From Cyanophora paradoxa CCMP329 (taxonomy: Eukaryota > Plantae > Glaucophyta), in the NCBI GenBank assembly GCA_004431415.1, contig QPMI01000010.1, positions 520,730 through 584,729 of the forward strand: a DNA stretch of 64,000 bases, given 5' to 3'. The stretch's first letter is position 1. Every line of letters starts with the position of its first letter. Of this stretch, positions 53,810 through 64,000 are shown one piece after another. The notes below the pieces were generated by a model. The model saw only the letters and a list, made by a program, of their open reading frames with translations. It was not told where the DNA came from and searched no databases. The position numbers and the translations under genes are program-made.

Positions 53810-55915
53810 TCGGCAAGTCGAGTGCCCTTGCTCGCGCTGCAATGGAAAGCGCGTCTCGTCTTGGTGCAAAGGATACATTTGCACTAGACAAATATGGATC
53901 CAGTCTAGTAGAGCAAGCTGCCCGGAGAGCTCCTGTAAGCGATTTCGTTCCTTTCGTAGCCGAAGTTCTGACGTACCGATCCCGACAATTTCGGTTCGAG
54001 CGGCACTAAGAAGACGACGATAGCAGCCCCGGCAGCACTTCAAGGCAACGAGCGACAAACAGATTCCAATTCGAAGCGCAAACGTGTCAACAATAAAGCC
54101 GCTCGTATGCTGCGAAGGCTGGGTAGATATACTGATCGTATTGGTCCTCAAGAAAACGGCAATGAACCTGGACATGAATCCAATATCGTCGATGGCATCG
54201 ATGGCGATGATCATGCTCATGAGGCTTTCGACGACCCAGCCGCAGAGGAAGGCCAAGCGGACGACATACGTGCAGACCCAGCTAGGGCGGATCAAGTGGA
54301 TTATGGCCTAGAGTCGGATCAGGACGCAGCGCTCGACGGCTCAGATGATGAATGCACTACCAACAGGCAGAATTTTTATTCTGAGCCTCTTTTTGAGGGC
54401 TGTAAAGTGTCGGTGCGTGCTGGAGCATTCAATACATTGCTTGATATTGGCTGTATTGGCTTTTTAACTGTTCTCTAGCGCATGGATTACATCACTTTTT
54501 GCCTCGCATTGAAGAAACGCTTTACACAAGCACCTGTTGAGATGTTTGCATCAATCAACGCGGCTGTGTCTCTCATCATTGAGGGCCACAAACTGCAACG
54601 AGGCAGCTCGGGTCTTGGAAGAGAATGATTAGAGAAATCCAAGAATTCGTAGCGGTAAATAATCAACCACTTTCAATTTTCGTGTTCGAAACGTTAACAT
54701 TTCCCTGCTCAGCCTTCCATCACTTCAGGACATGTGGGTATAAAGAGACAAAGCACAAGGTGGCGATTTGCAAGACAGTCTGGATCGAAGACGGAACTGT
54801 TCCTCCAAATACAGTCTGCGAGTGTGGCCATTCAACCTATGCCGATGGTGTGGTGGGCTTCTTTTTGATCCGACCCGGAGTTTCAGCAGCTACTGAACAG
54901 TCCTTCGTATTATCCCGGTTCCAGTGCGTTGATTTCGATTCTGTCGGTGCGGCCACGGCTGATCAAATTTACACAACGGCGTCCAGTTACGGCGTTCGAG
55001 CAATACAGATTGGGGCGATCGTGTTCCAGATTACTATTTGCGGTCGCAAGAATCCGAAACCCAACATCTCACTGGCGACTTTGTTCAATCAAGACTTTTC
55101 TCTTCTCTTCACGAGAGGGCTGTGTGCGAATTTCGGACGGTCTTGGAGTTGTGTGCGCATACTCTACAGATTCCGCAGTGACGCACAGCTGGTCATTCCA
55201 CACCTACAGCTTATTCTGAAAACTGGACTCTAATGTCGTGTTTCTAGGTCCCACGGCGGCTCTTTCACCCCTGTGTTTGTGATACCTATGTCTGCGCATC
55301 CTAATTGGCGGTGCGTGATCATTATCTCGCTTTCCGCTTTTTCGCCACTTGTCTCACCCCGTTTCGCTCAGAACAGCAATGCAACGCCTTGTTTTTCTCA
55401 TGGATGGGAAGCCGAGAAACTTCGATGGAATGTTCCGCGTATTCCTTACACCGTGGCTTGTTGCCAACCAGCCGCCGCCCCCAGGAGTCCCCGCTCCCGA
55501 AAGCCAAGGGTTTGCATGCCTTATAATCTGTCTCTTCTTCAATCATTCAATACCGTTGAGCAGAGTGGGGTTTTGCAATCCTCTCACCGGCAAAACTGAC
55601 AAAGCATATTTCACAATGGCTCTCAATATCGATGACCTCCCCGGATGCGCAACGGCATTTATGATAAGTTCGCGTAACGCATCCTTGCGCGGCTTTGTAT
55701 TCCGGGACAGAAACCTAAACTTTCTGCAGCGTCGCACAGTGGCGAGCACGGCCATCCGCTTCGGAAGGTGGATTTCTGGAAAGCGCAGAGCAAAACCGCC
55801 GGGAAAAAATGTTTCAAGCACACGATCTCCCGCTCAAACACTGGATGCGGAGTTGTGCGTACTGACCAAGGATCATGATAGACCCCATCTGCCCGAACGG
55901 ACTACTGCATGGTGA
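53810..55915 (+). pseudogene. Degenerate CACTA (Tnp2/Transposase_21-like) transposase
   Basis: CPCSRCNG, an acidic stretch then EPLFEGCKVS, CECG, PVFVIPMSAHPNWR, GKPRNFDGMF, and FTMALNIDDLPG in the usual order; broken by introns and frameshifts. Confidence 0.55.
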
Positions 55916-58672
55916 TCGAGCCGACGGACTGAAACGTTCCCACTGCAGCTGTTCTGACACCCTTCGGTACAGCGAGCCGACGGACATGCTGTAGAGATCC
56001 AACGCCAAAGATGGTTTCGGAAAGAGATTACGCAAACAGCTTTTGTTCAATTTGTGAAAACGAAAACCTTCGGTAAACCTTTTAGAATGATATAAGTGAA
56101 CATCCTTCGAACGCGCCGTCCATTGAATTGTCTCTGACCAGGCGTTCAAGGCTTGCCGACTTTAGCGGAATGGCCACACTTTCGGCTCGGCCCCTATGCG
56201 ACTTCAGCGAGAGCGACTGGGAGTTCCTGCGGCATGGCGAGCTGAATTTCGACATGGGTGTTGACCGTTCAGGGGCGCGCATACTGACGAATTCCACCTC
56301 GTCAAAAACCGTCTGGCGGATGTCTTCAACTATCTTCGCGGCAACGCGAATAATGGTGATAAGCTCAGTCCTACTCGATTCAGTGTGTCGTTGCATCTTC
56401 CAACTTCCATTCGTGGTTGATTTGCAACGTACAACCACTAACTTAATTACTTTCGTCAATGCGAAGGTTAAGCATCAACATGGATGTTCTTGTCCTTTAC
56501 AGGGCGCCAAGCGAAGCGGAAATACGCTGCGCAGAGCAAAAGATGGAAAAGGATCGGCGACTTTACGAAGCAGCTCTCCGAAATGGCAAGCCTCCTCCAC
56601 GCCAGCCAGTCGACCTTGTCGCGGAACTCGAAGATAACGCGCCGTTTGCCTGGGAAGCCACTGAACGGCTGTACGATGCTATCGAGCGTGTTGCAAGGCG
56701 CGCACGATATCCGCACTTTCAGGAACAACGGTAAGAATTAAATTCGCCAGACCCAATTTAAGTGAAGTTCGCAATTACAAATCGAGAAGAGCGAACTTTG
56801 ATGTTTATAATTAGGACTAGCAGGAGTACCATGTGTGCAGATGGACGACCGTCGTTTTACGGACTGGACGAAACTTTCAAAAGTTCGCTATTGCAGACGT
56901 GGCAGGCGACATTCTTCGCATGTGTCTTGATGCGGATATGGATAAACAGAATTGCCTCTATCGGATCCTCGTAATCAATCAACTGACGTCCTGCACGGCA
57001 TTGGATCGAAGGTAACGTTGAGAAAGCAAAGGCTCGACCGTCCGTGACGTTGTAACAGATTGTTTATCCGGATTCTTGCTTGAACTCCGCAAACTAGCAG
57101 TTCTTACAAGGGTGCGAACGTCACTACGTACCCGTGCCGTTCTGGACAATGTATGCAGCTCTCGTTGTTGATGCGTGCGCGAACCATTGGCTGTAGCTTG
57201 CCTGCAATCGGCTAAATGTGCGAAGAGTGGACGGATGCATCGAGCTGGGCCGGCGCCAGCATTTCTTCCCGTGGAACGGAGCGGGGCGGTCACAATGTGA
57301 AAGTTACTGCAGGAATCGGGGCACAATCATCTCTGATAACGAGTGCGGCCCGACGAACGCAGGCAAGTTGTGAAATATCTATTGCAATGCATATTGAATT
57401 TCGGTATTGGAGACGTTTGAACGGATTTGTTTGCAGGAAATGGGAGCCTTGCCGTCCTGCAGCATGCAACAAGCGAGTTCTTGAACAAAATTCCACACCT
57501 TCTTGACACGGAAAAAGCCGGTGCCATTCGAAGGGAAACGTGGCTACAGCTACGATATTCACACAGTGGCGTCGAATACAGTAAGAAAACAAACCAGAGC
57601 TGGGTTCATTCTTGAAGGAAGGTTCGAAATTCGAATTCGCAATTGCCGCCGCCAGCTGCAGATCTAGAGTCTAGATCGCCCCACATTGATGACAACTCGC
57701 ATTAATTCTGCACAGTGATGAAATCACGATGAAGAGTACGGTGGCTTAATCTCTTCGTTTTGCGAGCGGGAGAGCTGTTCGGAAATCCCCGTATCTGGCC
57801 GTTTTCTTCGACCTCTACGTTGACGGCGAGAGCGATTCATAGAGACTAAAGGCACTGGTTCGAACCATCCGGATTCGATCCGCCCTTGTTTGTTCTTCGT
57901 GATCATGATCAGCATGCGCACCAGGCCGAGCTGGAATACACGATAGAACCTGTATTGCCGGAGGCTGGGCCCTGGCGTCCGATGGATCCGCACTCTCCAG
58001 CATGCCTCGAGAATGGATTGGCGTCCCACCTCGAAAGGAACTATGTATCCTTGCTTTACGCCAACCACCACCTTTCATTCCAGCGACCTCACCGACAAGC
58101 ACGACAGCTCATTCATGTCCTTTATCGCGATGGTTCCCGACGGCAGCTCGCGACGAGGGGGCCATCCCTACCCTATCATTCCCCTCGGCGAATGGTTACC
58201 TCAGCGCCGAGGAGATCCAAGCGCATCCTGACCGGCGAGAGCCGGTCCGGCGCTATGCTCGGCAGAGGCCTTTCGAGTTCGCCCACGCAAAGGCACCCGG
58301 GTGCGTTTCGCATCATTCGAGCTGCGGTCTACCCCTTCTCAGCTTGCTCGTTTATGCCAACTTGAACTGCGACCGATCGACATCACCAAGAGACCCTCTC
58401 TGCGTTGGGTGTGGCCTGACACCATCGAGCCTTGCGCCTGATGCCTCTCCCCGACCACACATCGTCGCAATTTCGAGCGTGTGCTCCCTAACCAACAATC
58501 GATCACCTTATCAGAGCTCAGCAGTGCTTCCAGATAAGGGAGAGGTTAGGAACTTTCTTGGCGAGCGGCTGCCGTTCACGTCCCTGCGTAAACTAGCTAC
58601 AGCTGCATGCGCAAGACGTCATTTATGCAAATAATTAGCTTGTACAAATTTATTATTTCTTGTGGCCTGCGG

Positions 58673-59330
58673 CATGCAGCGCAGAGCCTCGGAGGCCCGG
58701 CCTTTCGATCCGGTCTGGTGATAAAGCACACATCATGATTCTTCTGATCATGAGCCCTTCGAGCTCGTGATCATGAAGCCTCAGGCCTCGGTACAGGCGA
58801 CTCGGCGAGCTCGACGCATGGCCAGTCATGACAAAAGCTGTTCTCGTAGCAAGCAACCCTCCGGGCCCAGCCTAGAAGACACACGGCGCTGATGAGGAGC
58901 TCGAGCCTCGAGAAAGCCTCAGGCCTCCTTTGAGGCCAGGGACATGCGCTGGTCATAGACTCTAGATCTGAGAGCCTCGGAGCTCGAGCTTGTGATCATG
59001 TGCATCGGATCATGACGCGCTGAGCCTCACTGGGCTCAGGCCTCGGCAGCTCCTTTGAGGCTCCGGATCCCTGATCATGACTTAATGCAGCCGCAGAGCT
59101 CGGAGGCCGGCCTTTCGGATCCGTCCTGGTGATAAGCACACAATCATGATTTTCTGATCATGAGCCCATCGAGCTCGTGATCATGAAGCCTCAGGCCTCG
59201 GTACCAGGGCGACTCGGCGAGCTCGACGCATGGCCAGTCATGATCAAAAAGCTCGTGTTCGTAGCAAGCAACCTCCGGGCCCAGCCTAGAAGACACACGG
59301 CGCTGATGATGGGAGCTCGAGCCTCGAATC
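58673..59330. repeat. Imperfect ~240-bp duplication rich in short palindromes
   Basis: Copies start ATGCAGC(C)GCAGAGC at ~58673 and ~59085 and differ mainly by single-base indels. Confidence 0.8.
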
Positions 59331-59549
59331 CGCATGATGGGCCGGAGCCACTAGGACGATTAATATTTATTATGCCTCTGTCCCTCATGATCAGCGAGGA
59401 CGGCTTATGCACATGATGATCATGACGTGCGTGCATGCGCGTGCACGTGTGAATGCCTGCAGGCGCAGTTGCTTCCTCATCAATTCAAATCTATTACTTC
59501 CTAATTCCTCAAAAAGCTACTCTCCTAATTCCTAATAAAGCTACATTCT

Positions 59550-60300
59550 CCCCTACACATAGATGCGATTCGGCCTTTTGCAATTGGGTCGGCGGCACTC
59601 GGGCATTTGCATATTTGCTCTTGGCTGCTGTCGTCGAGGGGTTCCGACTGGAGGCCCGGAGGTCGTGAATTCGAAGAATGTGGGAATGTGACTACGTCAA
59701 GCACGTACCGAATACTTCCACGTGAGGGGATCACCTGGCTCAATGTCTAACAAAGCATAAAACCCAAAACGATATCTGTCACCAACCATCACTGGTCGAA
59801 GCTCGACGTTCGGTTTGCAGCTGTGATTCTGCAGCACTGGCCAGCCCCCGGCTGCCATATCCAGCAACCTGCACGCGCAGGCCTGTTCAAGCAAGTAGGA
59901 AGGGTACTTGTAATTGGAAGAAAGAACGGAATAACCAGTTGAGAAGATGTTTCAGTCGAACATGCGTTGTGAGCGCGTACTTTCGACCGGAACTTGCTCT
60001 GGACCTGTTGCATTTGTTCCCAGAAGCTCTCCAAAAACATGCCTGCTCGTATCTGGGGCCCACTTCGGGTTCCGGATGCCAACACCACAGTCATTCTGCT
60101 CGTCGAAAACTTCCACGGAAATACTTGAAGACTGACCACGATCTTGAAGTTCCGATTTCCGCAATCGGTAGTGCCATAAGAGCAGTTGAAAGGAGTGCAC
60201 TGGTATTCGGAACAATGTTGTGGCAAGCAGGAGAATCGCGGCAAGAAGCAGACGTGACCCGTGGCCCGAAGCAGACGCAGCAATCATGCTCAGTTGTTCT
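59550..60300 (-). pseudogene. AWS-SET histone methyltransferase-like remnant (SET2/ASH1 type)
   Basis: CTPFNCSYGTTDCGNRNF (AWS end), CGVGIR...FGELLG, NHSCKPN...GFYALLDIEPGDPLTWKY, and post-SET-like CKC; frameshifted. Confidence 0.8.
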
Positions 60301-60899
60301 CTCACTGCCGCGCGGAACAGCGCGGTCAAAAATCGAACAGCGCTAGAACAACGCTCACGAACCGGCTTTTGGAATATGTGGAAACTGGAAGTTAGAATTG
60401 TAAGCCTTGATAACCTCATTCATCCGCTTTTTTGCCAGCTCCGATCCATCATGTGAAATTCGGGCCTGGTTTGGAGGGCGAGTATGATAAAGTTTCTGAA
60501 CGTGTTCCAGGATGTGCGGAGAGGACTCAATTCTGGAGTTCTGAGCTCGGACTTCCGAGATGTACCTGCAAACGAGCACATGAAAAGGAAGAATACGAAG
60601 CTGAACCCTCCCGAACCTGAGTTCAAGTTCTTTGATGTGCTCTTCAGGGGAAGCCGTGATATCGTGATTGATGAAACGCGCCATAAGGTGCAGAGTAAGT
60701 TTCTCCTTGAATTCTTCGAGAGAAATCGGATACGTGTACGAAGCCTGCTTCTCGTATTCTTCCTCATGCAGCTGCCCTGTTGGGTACCACATCTGCAACG
60801 TCGGAGGCCTAACGGCGCCAGACGCGTCGAGAATGTCGTTCAGACATTCAGACAACTGGAGTAAGAAGTCGCCTGCATGGACTCCGCACTGCCGTTAAG

Positions 60900-61260
60900 C
60901 CTTCAGTACCGGTAAATTTCAGCAATGCGAGCAATTGAAATGCCGACCGACAATGTGAACGCGTCCTGAGCAGTTGACGTGGAGCAGGGAAATAAATCGA
61001 TTCGACAGACACGGTCCTCAAGTCGTGTTTCCGGCAACCAGCGGTCACATCCTCGCATGCTCGAAAGCATCTCACCAGCGATGACAGCCGAGTTTTGAAA
61101 GTAGGTCCCAAGAGAATCGTAAAAAACCATTCCCGGCCCATCCGAGAAACTCAAAAGCACGTGAGCAGTCCTTTGCGATGAAAAAAATAAGCGAAACGAT
61201 ATTGTTATACGTTAAAAGAAATAGATTACCAGTGAATGCTCTTCCAATACGAAGGCGACC
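60900..61260 (-). pseudogene. Ulp1/C48 protease-like remnant
   Basis: Splicing TG|G across an intron gives IHWTAHVLLSF...VFYDSLG. The Q..C motif is degenerate (AQDAFT). Confidence 0.5.
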
Positions 61261-62890
61261 CCGCGCTGGTTTGCAGGTGCCGTTCCAGAGATGCAATCTT
61301 GGAGACAATGCTTCAACGACATTTCCATGGAATTCTAGGGGTCGGATTCCAAGTTGACGCATCAACTGTTTCGCACCAACAATCTCCAAACTGTTTATAA
61401 TTATGCTCGAAATTAGGCAATGGAAGACTTTGAGATGATATTACGCACAATTCTGCAGTGGAATGTCATTGGAAAGGGTCACCCAGCGTGTGCTCTGGAG
61501 AAAGCGAAGCCTCCGTGAATTCCGGCAACTCCGCACGTCAGCAAGCGGACGCTCAATTCGTTCTGGTTCGAGCAAACACGTGAATGCGTCCACGTTGTAC
61601 GTGAGTACAATCCTTGAGGGACAGTTCGTGGCCGAAGCTTGCTGCCTTGAAACTGAATCTGAATTCCGTCGATCACCTGTTGGCGCAGCTGAGAATCCCA
61701 GGTAATTGAAACGACAAAGTCTGCAGTGATGCACATCGCGTTCGACCATGATGATGGGAAAGTTCTTTTGGAAAACAGGATGTCAAACAGCTTTGCTTAG
61801 AGTAAAAAGACAGCAATTGACCCACCAGGAAGCCCGAGGCGCACTGAACCGCAAGACGGACGAAGATTGATTCGCGAATATCGTGTTCCATCTTTGATCA
61901 CTAATAACAGCGTGCGTAATTCTGCATTCATCACATTAACAGAGAAGTAGGTGAATCATATGTAAGAAAAAAGGGAGCTCACCCCAGACTTCCGAAGTCG
62001 CAAGCACCCGGCTTCGCGATAACCAGCTCTGTGCGTTGTGTATACGCCTCGACACCGCAATCACTTCTGGGAATTCGCGAACATAACGGATCGGCACTGC
62101 TGAAGAAAGATATCTGAAGTTTTTTGAAAGCTTGCGAGAAACATCTGCAAGATTTCGAATCCGACGAGTTTCTTCGACGAAATGAAGCTGCCTCTCTATG
62201 AGAGCAAATATGAGGCTGATGCTGCCTCAGAAACGCACCTGAACTGTCCTATGTCCGCAATCACACCTTGGCGAGTCCAGCTCCAAAGTCGAGTTCCCTT
62301 CGGCAAGACCCCCCGAAATGAACTTGCTATCGTTTTGATGTCAACGAGCGAGTCGCCATATTCAAGATCGAGAGAGCGATCCAATGGATGAGGCTTCATG
62401 TGTCTTGTTTCTTCAGAATGCTGGGCAGACTCTCCTCCGGATATGAAACGCATATCGACACCGCTCCAGCTTCATCCGCATAGCGACCATTGTGACAACC
62501 AGCCGAGTTGCCAGCGCCGTGGAAAGTTGTCACATGGACTGAATTCAATCATGCCACGGAGCAAGAACGACAAGCGGCGGCACTTCGTTTCTCGCTTCTG
62601 CGCTTCACTGGCTTGTCGCCTTCGAATCACTCAGAATTAAAAACAAAACATTAGACGCTCGAACCGACATACGGAGCTGAAGCTAAAGATTGGAGGATCT
62701 CGCTGCACCTGACGCTGCACGCTGCTGGCCGTGTGCGCGATGACTGGAGTCAACAGATGCGTCTGAGGAATGGGATCGTCGTTCGCCCGGTATGCTTCTG
62801 GCTGAAGTTATTGCTGAGTCGTTCCGGCTGAAGCTTCTTTTAATTCCTGGCCAGGCTCTGGTCCCAAATCAACGCCTGACACGCGGGGTA

Positions 62891-63694
62891 TCAGTTCAGA
62901 GATGGAAACATGAGCCATGATTCATGCATATGCTCACCGGGTATATTCTGAGTAAGGTAAGCCCAAATTTGATGCGTGTTCGGAAGTCGACCAGACGGTG
63001 TGCGAGCGGAAGGGTCCTTCGAATTCTTGATAGCGTACCGGTACCACGACACCCTCCAGTTGCTCAACTGTGGATGCGTTTTAGGCCGATCCGTACTGGG
63101 CTGCTGCGGTAGGTCGCTGCGCATGCTCTTCCGGCGCCGTTTGACGGTGACGGGCCGATGTGCAGCTAAAGGGCGTGGGAACTCATGATCATGATCACGA
63201 TTCTCATGGCAGGTTGGCGAATTCCGTGCCGGAGAGCTGTTGGAAGAACTGCTTCCGCCTGGAAGCTGCAGCTGCTCTTCCGCCTGGAATAAGCGCTCGC
63301 TTTCGGACTCATCGCTCGCTGACTGTTCACCGTACGAAAAATCGGTCTTGGTACGATCAAGAGACCGCAAGTGAAGTTTACGAAGTTCCTCGGAATCGCC
63401 AGGGAGTCTGATCTTCAGAGCTAGAAGCCAGTCGCTGGCGACCGTCTCGGCATACTTCAATAGGGCACGCGAGCTCGATGTCGAAAGCTTCTTTACCCAA
63501 TCCAGAAGTTCGGCGGGGTTTGCCGGATGGCCGACATTCACAGAAGGAAAATTCGCGTTTTCCAGCATATCGAGAACGACATTGGCGGCTTCAGCAGTGA
63601 TGTCTGATATGACCTGCAAAGATGATGGGATGACAACAGGTGTGCAGAGAAGGTTGAAGATTACCTTCCTGTGGAGGGCGTCGTCTGTTTTCAC
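62891..63694 (-). CDS. Hypothetical transposon-associated exon
   Basis: 267-aa open frame of ordinary composition, upstream of and on the same strand as the Ulp1/SET remnants. Confidence 0.35.
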   Translation of the reverse strand: MKTDDALHRKVIFNLLCTPVVIPSSLQVISDITAEAANVVLDMLENANFPSVNVGHPANPAELLDWVKKLSTSSSRALLKYAETVASDWLLALKIRLPGDSEELRKLHLRSLDRTKTDFSYGEQSASDESESERLFQAEEQLQLPGGSSSSNSSPARNSPTCHENRDHDHEFPRPLAAHRPVTVKRRRKSMRSDLPQQPSTDRPKTHPQLSNWRVSWYRYAIKNSKDPSARTPSGRLPNTHQIWAYLTQNIPGEHMHESWLMFPSLN

Positions 63695-64000
63695 ACCGAA
63701 GGATGCGAAGAAATCTGTTGGCAGCTGAGGAGCATCGTCGTCGCCGTCACTCGATGAGCTCGAGCTCGAGGAAGCGTACGGTGCTGCATTCGATTAAAAA
63801 GCGCGGATGAAGCCGAGCACACGGGCAGATGCAGCTTTTCTTTCGCACATGAGAGCGGTGGAGAGAATGCCCTGTTTCCTCGAGCTGCTGCCCGAACCAA
63901 GACTGGCGGCGTCCTCGGAGAACGCGGTGCGACGGAGGGCTGCGAGGATAAGAAGAAGCCCGCACAGTCAAGTTTTAGAATGGCCGCTCACTCCAGATGG

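Noticed and set aside
57701-57720. CAGTG (57713-57717) as the right end of the CACTA element
   Set aside because: Only a partial match to the left end, and the flank is ATG rather than the expected TSD CAA.

Overview
Intron-rich, GC-rich eukaryotic (flagellated protist/alga-like) genomic DNA in three parts. (1) 1-7.7 kb holds host genes: CNOT3/NOT3 (5' end outside the window) with an intronic cluster of four box C/D snoRNAs, enkurin, and GMP synthase with many GC-AG introns. (2) About 8.2-46.7 kb is an endogenous small Nucleocytoviricota-like virus with the gene set of mriyaviruses (Yaravirus/Gamadviridae-like): NCLDV-type major capsid protein, probable penton, A32 packaging ATPase, VLTF3, A22/RuvC resolvase, SSB, YqaJ nuclease and two HUH endonucleases. 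No DNA or RNA polymerase and no integrase is recognisable. Its SF3 helicase gene and the divergent partner gene carry host-type spliceosomal introns, whereas the intronless genes share an upstream (A/T)TTTCT-type motif. It also carries a GNAT-like gene, a repeat plus AT-rich origin-like region and a 5'-truncated LINE, and it is cut on the right by a CACTG-starting element. (3) 46.7-64 kb is lower-GC degenerate transposon-like DNA: a CACTA/EnSpm-like end and Tnp2-like transposase remnants, a 101-bp tandem array, and a decayed Ulp1-protease/AWS-SET gene. All family calls come from motif recognition by eye; no searches were run.
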